Positions 18,801 through 30,200 of a DNA stretch of 64,000 nt are shown here, in pieces (positions within the stretch are counted from its first letter, which is position 1; each line of letters begins with the position of its first letter). The notes under the pieces were generated by a model that saw only the letters and a program-made list of their open reading frames with translations, had not been told where the DNA came from and did not search any database. The DNA comes from Macrostomum lignano (Eukaryota), in the NCBI GenBank assembly GCA_002269645.1, contig NIVC01000708.1, forward strand, positions 124,001 to 188,000, written 5' to 3'. The position numbers were made by a program, and so were the translations under genes.

Positions 18801-20353
18801 TAAGTTGGAACTGCTCTCGTCGGCATTCCGAGTGTCATTAGTCAAGTAGGAACTGCTCTCGTCGGCATTCCGAGTGTCATTAGTCAAGTTGGAACTGCTC
18901 TCGTCGGCATTCCGAGTGTCAATAGTCAAGTTGGAACTGCTCTCGTCGGCATTCCGAGTGTCATTAGTCAAGTAGGAACTGCTCTCGTCGGCATTCCGAG
19001 TGTCATTAGTCAAGTTGGAACTGCTCTCGTCGGCATTCCGAGTGTCAATAGTCAAGTAGGAACTGCTCTCGTCGGCATTCCGAGTGTCAATAGTCAAGTT
19101 GGAACTGCTCTCGTCGGCATTCCGAGTGTCAATAGTCAAGTTGGAACTGCTCTCGTCGGCATTCCGAGTGTCATTAGTCAAGTTGGAACTGCTCTCGTCG
19201 GCATTCCGAGTGTCAATAGTCAAGTTGGAACTGGCCTCGTGGGCATTCCAGGCGTCACGTCCGGTAGTAGATTAGTCCAGTTGTTGACTGGGCCACCCGC
19301 AGCTTGGGCTAGCCCCCACCCCCAGCTTTGATGACACTTGCTGCGTTGGATATGGTCATCATGCGCACTTCATGAACTTCCGATCTGTTCCACAGCTTCA
19401 ACTGCAGCGCCAGCGTACTCCCATGAGTGCAGCACTGCCTGTACTCAAGCACTCCTGGGCGGAGTTTGACTCCCCTCAACTCAACTCAAGAGGATGATGA
19501 TGCTCAGGTTTCTCAGGCGCGGTTGAATCACCGTTCATAGCATATTTGACAAAGTCGTCATGAATGAGAAGGAAGCCAGCGTTCTTCGTATCACGGCTTC
19601 GGACTTGAACGAATTGAAGCGCGGTCAGTGTTTGCTGTCGTACGCGTGACTTTGATTTAGCGGGTTGTCTTTGTTACAGCATCCGAGTACGCGAACATGC
19701 CAAATCGGTTCTGCACAATGTCCACGGCGAAGTTTGCTACTCCGTCCAAAAATAGCACCTCCGTTCTTGATGAGGCCAGTCACATAGAGTCAATAGTGTG
19801 TTTGGAGTCGACATTGGTCATGCCGATGACTTCGATCCGACAATGTCCACTGTCCAGAGTTCGTCCGAATCTCTCAGTTCCTTTTCAACTTTTTAATTTC
19901 TCATTGCTCTCTACGCTCGGGTTTGCTTGTACAGCAAGTACACCTAAGGCAAAAAATAATCAAACAACAAAAGTTCATGCTCGGCAGATTCAACAAACGC
20001 GTCCGACCCTCGCGACACGACCCCTTGCTTGGTGCGCGGCTGCATTCATTTAGGGCTTGTGCTCAAAATTGGCCAGGGGCTCAGGCTCGATTCACAGCCA
20101 TGAGGGCCAACCCCCCCCCCCCCACAACGCTGGTTGTGGGACGGTGGGTGTTTCTACTCGGACCTACACAAGCACCGCATTGAAACATTTGCAGGCCTGC
20201 TGTTGCACGGAGGAGCTGCCAGAGTGCAGCTACTTAACAATAATCCCACCTGGAGGTCAGGCAGAGGCCACCACAGCCGATTTGCAGGACTCTGCCAGCG
20301 AATGCACCGAGTTTATTGAGATTCTGGCTGATGGAGAGATTGAAGACTCATAA
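15855..20353 (+). CDS. Receptor C: SP - F-type lectin - 2 Ig - C2-like - TM - tail (intact)
   Basis: Exons 15855-15927, 16003-16245, 16313-16524, 16719-16821, Ig 16912-17145 and 17451-17684, 17775-17941, 18019-18273 (TM), 18353-18466, 20195-20353. Tail ECSYLTI...ECTEFIEILADGEIEDS*. Confidence 0.85.
18802..19233. repeat. 42-bp minisatellite, ~10 copies, in the last intron of C
   Basis: Unit AAGTTGGAACTGCTCTCGTCGGCATTCCGAGTGTCA(A/T)TAGTC. Confidence 0.95.
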
Positions 20354-20760
20354 GTTCGGTGTGTACTCAAAAGCTCACAGTTGAAGGATTTAAGTGACGA
20401 ATCACCGAAATACCTGATGGTCCTCCACACCTGCCTTCTTGCTTCTAATTAATTTAACATAATTTTAAATATACGAAAAACAATATGATATCAGCAAAAC
20501 GTGAATACCATTGACTTTTTGTTAATGTTAATTTGAACGTATAGATTTTTCATCAAACTTTTTCAATCAAGTTTTGCTAAACATGTGCGCCAATAAAGCA
20601 TAAATTTTCTGCTTTTAACTCATAAGTGGCTTAAAATGGACAGTTTAACCTTGGACACATGGCTTGATTTCTTGCAGGATGTTTACTTAGAACTGATGAT
20701 TGGGCTGTTTTGAGGGGCCTGTTCCTACTGAAAATAGAAACTTATCGGAAAGTGACACAA

Positions 20761-20781
20761 CCTGCCTGCCTGCCTGCCTGC

Positions 20782-20819
<38 letters not shown>

Positions 20820-20820
20820 A

Positions 20821-20875
<55 letters not shown>

Positions 20876-20893
20876 GCCTGCCTGCCTGCCTGT
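20761..20893. repeat. (CCTG)/(TCTG)n microsatellite between genes C and D
   Basis: Direct inspection. Confidence 0.97.
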
Positions 20894-21206
20894 TTGCACT
20901 CTTGAAACTTCCCTACCAGATCGATAGTTGAGAAAGGGTGCTGATATTATAACTCACTTGAGGCACCTGTGGTATTGGTGTAGCTAAAAATACATTCCCA
21001 AAACCCAAAATAGAGCATTTTCATTTAAAATAAGAATGGCCAGGACTTGGCACGCTGACCAACGCGGAGAGCAGCGGTCGAAGTGTGCCGGACTGTTTAC
21101 AAGTTGCAGTGGACGCTTCCGCAAACAGACTGAAATTCCAGCCCGCACGGCAGCTGAGGTCTGCACCGGTCACTGCCGAAAATTTGATTCGGCAAATCTC
21201 AAAGCC

Positions 21207-24200
21207 ATGGCAGCAATTGAAATCATGGTGGTTGTGTTGCTTCTGGCACTGCACCGAACAGGAGCGACCGGAAACTGTGAGTTCGATGACGTGTTTCCAA
21301 AAATTTCAAAATATTTTTTTCCGCAGAAGGGGGGGGCGCAGGAAGGCATGTCCACCCAGTAAGAGCTATGGGGGCATGCTAATGCTTTGCCCCTCCCGCG
21401 ACACTTGATGACCCGTTATGGAAATCAATAAATTTGTTTCAGGGTGTCAAAATATAGCACCTGCAGCGCCAAAATGAGGCTCTCGGCGCCAAAATGAGAC
21501 CCTCGGCGCCAAAATGAGACCATCGGCGCCAAAATGAGACCATCGGCGCCAAAATGAATGCCTGTCTGCGGCGCCAAAATGAGTGCCTACGGCGGAAAAA
21601 AGGGTGCCTGCGGCGCCAAAATGAGGGCCTGCGGTGCCAAAATGAGTGCCTACGGCGGAAAAAAGGGTGCCTGCGGCGCCAAAATGAGGGCCTGCGGTGC
21701 CAAAATGAGTGCCTACGGCGGAAAAAAGGGTGCCTGCGGCGCCAAAATGAGGGCCTGCGGTGCCAAAATGAGTGCCTGCGGTGCCAAAATGAGTGCCTGC
21801 GGCGCCAAAGTGAGTGTCTGCGGCGCCAAAATGAGTGTCTGCGGCGCCAAAATGAGTGCCCGCGGCGCCAAAATGAGTGCCCGCGGCGACAAAATGAGTG
21901 CCCGCGGCGCCAAAATGAGTGCCCGCGGCGACAAAATGAGTGCCCGCGGCGCCAAAATGAGTGCCCGCGGCGACAAAATGAGTGCCCGAGGCGCCAAAAT
22001 AAGTGCTAACAACACGTATTTCCATAATAATGTTGGAATGTATTCCTATGTTTTAGGAATGTAGTCATGGGAACTATTGACTTACCATAAAATCCATGGC
22101 GACGCCCCTGTGCAGGTGAGCTCCCAATTCGCAGGAGCCGCGTGCTGAGCACCTGGCAGTCGTCGTTTGGCGACGGTCCGACCTGCTTCTACAACAGAAA
22201 TCAAACTGATGAAGATGCAGCAATGCAGGAAACAAAAGTTACCTGCAAATTCTTTCACAGCGCTGACAAGAGCTCAGCAGACGGCGGGTTTCACTGGTTC
22301 GCAGTGCAGCTGAATGAGACAGTGCTCATCAGATCTGTGACTGTGAAGGCTCGGCAAGGTAAAATGATAGGATTGATAATTTCGTATTTGTGAAGTGAAG
22401 ATTTAGTATTTACTGTTTGTCGCATCGAATCTTCAGTCACAATTTCGCACCTGTCTGACCACCTGCGGGCGAGCAGCATTGAAATATTCACATCCGGAAA
22501 CAGCAGCGAGATGTTCTCCGGTGTTGACCACTGCACTTCAAACAGCATGAGCAGGCAGTTCAACGACTCGCGTGAGCAGTGGAAATTGTGCGGCAATACA
22601 AAAAGCAAGCAGCAAGGGAACATCACTGCCGGGGAAAATGTCACTGTGAGCTGTGTGGCAGAGGTGAGTGCTGAGTCTCTCATGAGTCTCTCACTCTCGT
22701 GAGTCATTTTATTTTTTCTGCAATGCAAAATGTTGTTTCCCGAGACGGACCAGCCGGCCTTACCTCACGCACAGACTGAAGGCCAGTAACCAGGGACAAA
22801 ATTGAGTGCAAGTACGCCGTGCACCCGAAATCACCACAGAAGAATCAGTTTTAACCAAAAAATTTCAGGTTCGACATCTGCTGCTGCGGAGACCCCAGTC
22901 GGCAGAGGGGCAGAACTACATGAACTTCGCCGACTTGAGACTTCAGACTGTGTCGCTGAGTAGGTTGATGGATGAAGATGAATGGAGATGAAGATGGATG
23001 AATTTTTTACTTTGACTTTGACTTTCCAATCGTCAGGCATATACACTCTCTGTTCCTTGGGGGGGGGGGTGGTACTCATGGGTTGCGAATCTGAAGTCAG
23101 AAGCCTCAAATGAAAGTGGCAGCGCACGGAATCGAACCAGGGGTCGCGGCGCGAGAGGCAGGTGCCTTTACTGCTGAGCTCCTGGGGCTCTCTACGAGCG
23201 CATGCTATTTAACACCCAGAACTAATTGTCCTTGATCCACAACAAGCCTGAAGATACACCTCGGAGTTGATTATCAGCTTTATATTTCTTTTATACACCC
23301 AGTGGGCAGCTAATTATGATTTGCAATTAGGCCATATTTTATATTGAAAAGTCACCAAAATGCTGACTGTACTTTTCAGAATTAGAGAGTCCTCAAGTGG
23401 TTGCTGTGGGCTCCAATTTCACGGTAAGCTGCTGGCTGCAGCAGTGCAACGGCTCAAAGCTGAGTACGAACTCAAGCGAGCTGCAGCTCTGCATTCCAAA
23501 TGGAACCTGCGTCTCAAATTTGAAATATTTTATTGCCGATGTGCAGCCTGAGCACTCGGGCAGCTACTCCTGCAAGTTCGGCTCGGTTTCCAAGTCAACT
23601 GAAGTAGCTGTTCTGGGTAAGAGCGCTTTAACTCAGCACTCTGTGTGACTCATGGATGAAGGAATCTTACATGGATGATGGACTCCTTCATCCATGGTGT
23701 GACCGCAATAAGAGCGCATTTCAATTGACCTGCACCTGCAGCATAGGCTCAATAAATAAATCGTCTTCAATCGCAGTCCTATGTGAGAGACTGCTCTATG
23801 CTCACATTCTTTCCAACATGCAATTTAAACCTGAGCTTGGATAAAGACGTATGAGCATGCCTGCATAAGCATGAGCAAAACCTGAGCAACACTCATTGAC
23901 TGATTGAGTGAGTCACTCATTAGCTAACTTCAGTTTCTTACATTCTTACACTGTCGATGGCGAGAATGCATTCAATAGGACACGGAGGTTTTATTCCACC
24001 CAAGAGTGTAGGGATTACAATAAAATAGAAATAGCTCAGTTTGACAAAATTTATGAATCTGAACTTTATTAAATTTCCAGCTTCATCTCCAAGCCAGAAA
24101 GTTTCCGAAAACGCAAACTTCACCGTGAGCTGCTCGCTGCACTGCGGAAATGCATCGCAATGCTCAGATCGCTTATTGGGTGGCGACCTCCGGCTGTGCC

Positions 24201-27200
24201 CTCCGAATGGGAGCTGCCTGACAAATTCAAGTCTGCAAGTGGACAGAGCTCAGGCAATGCACTCCGGAGCTTATACTTGCAGATATGACGTCATTGAGAT
24301 CGAGACAGAAGTCTTTGTTCTTTGTAAGTAGAAAGTAGGCTGTATTGTTCAATGTTGCTCAATGTTGCTCAGTGTTGCTCAATGTTGCTCAGTGTTGCTC
24401 AATGTTGCTCAATATTTCTCAGTGTTGCTCAGTGTTGCTCAGTGTTGCTCAGTGTTGCTCAATATTTCTCAGTGTTGCTCAATGCTGCTCAGTGTTGCTC
24501 AGTGTTGCTCAGTGTTTTTCAGTGTTGCTCAGTGTTGCCCAATGTTGCTCAATGTTGCTCAATGTTGCTCAGTGTTGCTCAGTGTTGCTCAGTGTTGCTC
24601 AATGTTGCTCAGTGTTGCTCAGTGTTGCTCAGTGTTGCTCAATGTTGCTCAGTGTTGCTCAGTGTTGCTCAGTGTTGCTCAATGTTGCTCAATGTTGCTC
24701 AGTGTTGCTCAGTGTTGCTCAATCGCACAATTGATTAACTCACCTTCATCAGGTGAGTTCCCAATTCGGCGAAGTCGCCTTCTGAGTTCGTGGCAGTCAT
24801 CATTCGACGATGGTCCGACGTGTTTCCACAGCAGGAATCAGGCAGACGAAGCCTCCATCATCAGCAACAGGCAAACCAGCTACAAGTTCTTCCACAGCGC
24901 CAACAGAAGCCAAGCAGAAGGCGGGTTTCACTGGTTCGCCGTGCAGCTGAATGAGCCAGTGATCATCAGATCTGTGACTTTGAAGGGCAGAGAGGGTGAG
25001 TGAGGACAACTTATTTATACGCTTCTTCTGTAAGGACTGATTCTCCTGTTCTGAAGATTCCACCGTACAGTAATACGTTTCAACGACATCATAAGTAACT
25101 CCTCATCTTATTTTCAGACGGTGTGACAAGTACTTACAATCGAGCAAAGGACATTGAAATATTTACCTCCAACTCTAGCAGCTCCCTGATCCATGGGGAC
25201 AACTGCAACACCAGAAATATGAGCCTTCAGTTTAAAAATTCGATGCACCATTGGAGGCCATGCGGCGTGACTAAAAAGCAGGGAGACGTCGCAGATGGGG
25301 AAATGTTTCACGTGAAATGCGTTGCTGAGGTAAAAATATATCAAATGTCTGCAGTGATTTGAGTCTTATGGTCTCTTAAAGCAACCTGAAATGATGAGCA
25401 TTTAAACTGCAGGTCCGAAGTCTACTCCTGCGAAGAAACGTGTCTAAAGACACGGACGGGCACATGAGCTTTGCTGACGTGAGGCTTCAGACTGGGCAAA
25501 TCAGTAAGATTTCTGAGCTGTCATGAGTTGTGTCCAAGTCCTGGTATGTGTGCTAAGTTGAAACGCTAGCAGTACATGCAAAATGACTGAAGTTCGTCTC
25601 AAAAGTGTCTCAAATCATTGCATTTCAGAAGTCGAGAGCCCCAAGGCGGTGCTGCAGCACTCAGCATTCTCAGTGCGCTGCCTGTTGGACTGCAACGGTC
25701 GAACCGAATACTCACCGAAGTTGGAGCTCTGCCTTCCAAACGGAAGCTGCGTTGGACAAGCTGAGACGGTCATTCACAGGGCGCAGCTGTGGCACCATGG
25801 AAACTACACGTGCAAGCTGGGCAGCTCGCAGAGCTCAAAGTTCTTAACGGTGTTTTGTAAGTTTTCATCAATAGAAACATGACTTGGTGTTGCATCAGTA
25901 CTGAATCATTCAAAAGATTCCATAAGTTGATTCTGGACTCTGGATGACAAATCGATTGCTTAGCATTTGATAATTAGCGTTGCACTGGGACTCCTCTTGT
26001 ACACAGATTGGGACAAAATTCTCGCAAGGAGTTGTGCCAGCTTAAGGCTGGCTGATGGCAGTAGAAGCCATCAATGGCAGCAGATCAGGCCGCATTTCAG
26101 GTGACTTCCCTATCCGGAGGAGCCGCCTATCGAGTGCTTGGCAGTCGTCTGCATTCGAAGACACCTGTTTTAATAAAAGAACTGCTGAAACGGAAGTGAA
26201 CTTGGAATCATGGAAGTATTTTCACAGTAATAACAAGAGCTCAGCAGACGGCGGGTTTCACTGGTTCGCAGTGAAGCTGGATGAGCCAGTGCTTGTCAGA
26301 TCGGTCACTGTGAAGAGCAGAAACAGTGAGTGACTTTTCACTTCTTCATGAGTATTAATCATACCTAAATCTGAGTCCGAATCGTTTTTGTCTGGAGTCT
26401 ATTAAGTTAAAAAACTTCTCAATAAGAAGGTGTTGTCCTGTCCAGCGCTATGGTTATTTTTAGTTTTTAGGCCCGTTGCAAATTTATGTTGCTCGTACTA
26501 GTGAAGTAGCCTCTTCAAATTCAAGAAAGCAGAATCAAAGTTGGTCTGCAGAGTAAATTAAATGCTTTTTTACCCAGCATCACTTTTGCAAACACACCAA
26601 ATCCATGAGCAGTCGCCGTTTAATTCCAGACGCAGACTACACGAGGGCAAAGGGGATCGAGATCTTCACGTCAAACAGCAGCGATGAAATATTTTCCGGA
26701 AACCACTGCGCCTCGAAGAGCATGAGTGCTCAGTTCAATAGCTCATTTCATCTCTGGAGTTTGTGTGGGCAGACAGAGAAGCAAGGAGCAATTCAACCTG
26801 GCGAAAATTTTACTGTGAGCTGCGTTGCCGAAGTGAGTGACAGCGTTGCGAAGAGATTTATCGATTATTATCGAGTATTATCAACTCGCAAGACTTACAT
26901 GTAGAATTGTCAGAGCTGTTCAGCACCCATCAAGACCATGAATAGTGGCGGGGTACGAGGTCAACGCGAACTACCAAGAAACTTTCCAGTGGTGGATGGA
27001 GACAATGGAGTGGCCTAGAGAGTCTGGGGGAGATGGGGATAGTTACAAGAGTCAGTCAGAGTTAGACTACATCCACAGGTGCTTCGCTCGTTTGGCCCAT
27101 CATGAAATTGGAGTTTACAAGAATCTGCTCACAATGGGTGCTGATTCTCAGTTGAGTACCTCTACTCCAAAGTTCGCCTACTAAACGACTCATAGCAGCT

Positions 27201-30200
27201 GGGCAGGTGGGAAGACAGAAGCCATTTCTTCCGACCAGTGAGATTGACCTGAGCACTCTACAAGCTTGAGCAGGAGGGTTGGTAGCTACTCCATCTCCCT
27301 CCCTGCAGAAGAAAGCGCAGTTGTCTGCATTGCCGACCGTAATGGGATTTGGCGGATCATTCTGACTCAATGAAATTCCATAATGGGACTCGGTAATGAG
27401 GTTCTGGAATTAAAAAATCGATGTGGTCTAGGATCTGCTCTAAAAAATAGCGACTTCCGGCCCATGGCTGACCATCACTGTTCCGACTTACCTTCTCAGG
27501 TCTGGCAGCTGCTTCTGAAAAGAAGTGCCTACATTGAGAACAATGAGTACATGAACTTCATGGACCTAACACTCCAAACTGTGCCGATTAGTAAGTTAAC
27601 CATGATTTCTATGCTTCACGATTCACTTATACATTCATAAAATGTTCTAAAACTTTTAGAAGTGCACAGTCCTCAGTTGGTGGCGCAGAACTCCAGCTTC
27701 ACTGTGCGCTGCGCCATCAAATGCGATGAAGACGGAGCTGATGTGGCCTCCAACTCGTCTGAGCTGCGGCTCTGCTCTCCGAACGGAAGCTGCTCAGAAG
27801 GATCAACAGTTCGAGTCGACAGTGCTCAGCCCCTGCATTCTGGGAAATATACTTGCAAACTGGGCTCGTTCGAGAGGTCAGCAACAGTCGCAGTGCTGTG
27901 TGAGTTCATCTAGTTCGACTGACATCAGTGGTACAGCGCGGTGCTCTGATGTGCCAGTGGCCCAGGCTCGATTCCAAGTGCAGTCGCACTAATTTGAGGC
28001 TAAATTGGAATCTCGGCTTGGCTCTGCTCGTGCGATTAACGCAGTGAAGTGTACATGCCTAACGATAAATAAAGTTAGGGCCGCTGTACACTCCTGTCTG
28101 AGTGTGTGCCTGTGCGTATGACTGTTTGCGTATCTGCGCGCTTGTGTGCCTGCTCAGGGGAGTCGGCGGAATGGGCAGCAATGCCTCTCGCCGGTTGTGT
28201 GACAATGTCGCTTAAAGTGCGCCAGGGTGCACACAACCCCTGTCTCTGATAATAATAACTTAGTTTGGCTAAAAAGTAGTAATATCCTTGACTATCCGTT
28301 ATTAAATTCCAAATAGCCATTGTGCCAAGTGGTAAAGCGTCTGACTCTTGCATCAAAGTCCCTGGTTCGATTCCGTGGATATTTTTGGGGTTAGGATATT
28401 TTCAGCAGGACGAACGAAAAAGAGCAAAACTATAATTTCAAGCGCCAATGATGATTTCAGCATCCTCAGAACACCAGCTGGTGGCAGAGAACTCAAACTT
28501 TTCCGTGAGCTGCTCGCTGCACTGCAACGGCTCTGAGCAGTGCCCCGACTCCAGCAAGCTGCAGCTCTGCTTGCCAAACGGCAGCTGCATTCGGGAAAGC
28601 CAGCTCAATGTTGCCGGAGCCACTCCGCTGCACTCTGGAGTTTACAGGTGCAGTGCCGGGCCTGCCAATGCGTCAACTCTCGTGACTGTGCTGGGTGAGT
28701 CCCGTTTACCCTGGCCTTGCCTCCTAGCCGATAATATGTCTTCATTTAGTTTTCCAACGTGTGTTTTTCAATTTTGCTGATGTCAGCCTCTCTCGAACTC
28801 CAGCATCTTCGCCTCATCAAGTGGTGGCCGAAAACTCGAGCCTGATTCTGAACTGCTCGCTGCATTGTGGGCTCGAAGCAGTCGAATGCGAAGACTCAGC
28901 TGCTCATGGAAAAATGAAAATTTGCCGTCCCAACAACGGCAGTTGCAGCTCAGATCGATCGTTTCAAATTTCTGCAGCAACTCCGGCTCAAGCTGGAACC
29001 TACGCGTGCAAGATCGGCTCGGCTGAGGCACCGACCTCAGTAGCTGTGCTCTGTGAGTTTGCTGTCACTTCTCGTGACTTTTGGAATGTCATGCTCAATG
29101 GTTATCACGTACAATAGAGGCCGTTAGTTTTCCTAAGCATCACTTAGCGCTTGAGATTTTTTCATTCTAGTGTCACTCACTGGATAGTAGGAAATAAAGT
29201 TCTACGAGGGGATGTCTGGAAAAGTTCTGACACTTTTAATCCCAGAGCAGAAACGGAACCAGCTGAAATTTTTATGGCGGCACATTTTGGAGGCCACTCC
29301 ATCGAAAGGTTATGCTTGAAAAAGCACCACAATGCCACTGATGGTCTTACAAGAACTGAAAGTCGCAACAAATATAAAGAGATGGTTTGTCTTTGAAAAA
29401 CCAATTTTGGTTCTCATACTCTCATTATATTATCAATATGCGCTTGTTCGAACCGGTGCACATCCTCGTTAATTCAGCTGTGCATTTATAACAATCGATC
29501 GATCAATATTTCAATTCGGAATGCCGCAAAATTCTGTTCACTGCGGCCTATCTGGTTCAAATTTCCAGTCAGCTCAAAGTCGCTTCAAAGTCCGTCAGTC
29601 AAGCGGTGCCAGGCACTCCGCAATAGCACCGACGTAGTAGCCCGAATATTCGATGTAGTCGTTCAGGCCGTCGAACGTAGGCGAGCAAGAGACGTAGCTC
29701 TCGGCCACGGCGTCATCTGGTTGGCCAGTCAGCCACAGGCTGCCGTCGATGCTGGAGTTGCAGCTGGTCCAGAACCAGCCTCCGCTCGGCTCCTCGCTGC
29801 CGGGCAGCTGCCAGCCACCGAGCATCACGCTGGTGTCGGTAGTGTTAGGCGCCAAACTCCGGATATGTTGCAGCTCCTCCAGGTCGCTTACGTCAGCCAT
29901 GATGACGAGTCCAGGCTCCGCATCGATGTCAGTCTTGGCCACGAGCCAGTCGTGAATTCCAGAGTACATCTTGTACTTTGTGCCGCACAGGTCGTCAGAG
30001 AATCCGGCAGGGCACAGAGCACCGGGCGGCAGTCCCGGCTGCTGCCTCACGAACACCGGCGCCCTGCGAGAGCAGCCGCAGTCTCTCACACGCTTGCTGC
30101 ACCTGTTGAACACGAACAGCTGGCACGGACCGTCGGCCAGGCTGAACGCCTGACAGTCGAGCTTTGCGTCGCACAGGCTGGCGCAGTCAATCTTTGATGT

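Noticed and set aside
19300-19920. Possible decayed hAT-type transposase in the last intron of C
   Set aside because: Only vague motif similarity, multiple stops and no TIR/TSD found
23115-23190. tRNA-like sequence on the minus strand (A and B boxes)
   Set aside because: Acceptor and T stems do not pair; likely a SINE head remnant
24753-26325. Lectins L2 and L3 of D as separate genes
   Set aside because: No signal-peptide exon upstream, and phases are compatible with the preceding Ig exons; treated as internal domains pending cDNA
26900-27400. Short ORFs in the intron of D lectin L3
   Set aside because: No recognisable motifs; probably an unidentified repeat fragment
28317-28378. tRNA-like sequence on the plus strand (GGTTCGATTCC)
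   Set aside because: No complete cloverleaf; likely a SINE-derived fragment
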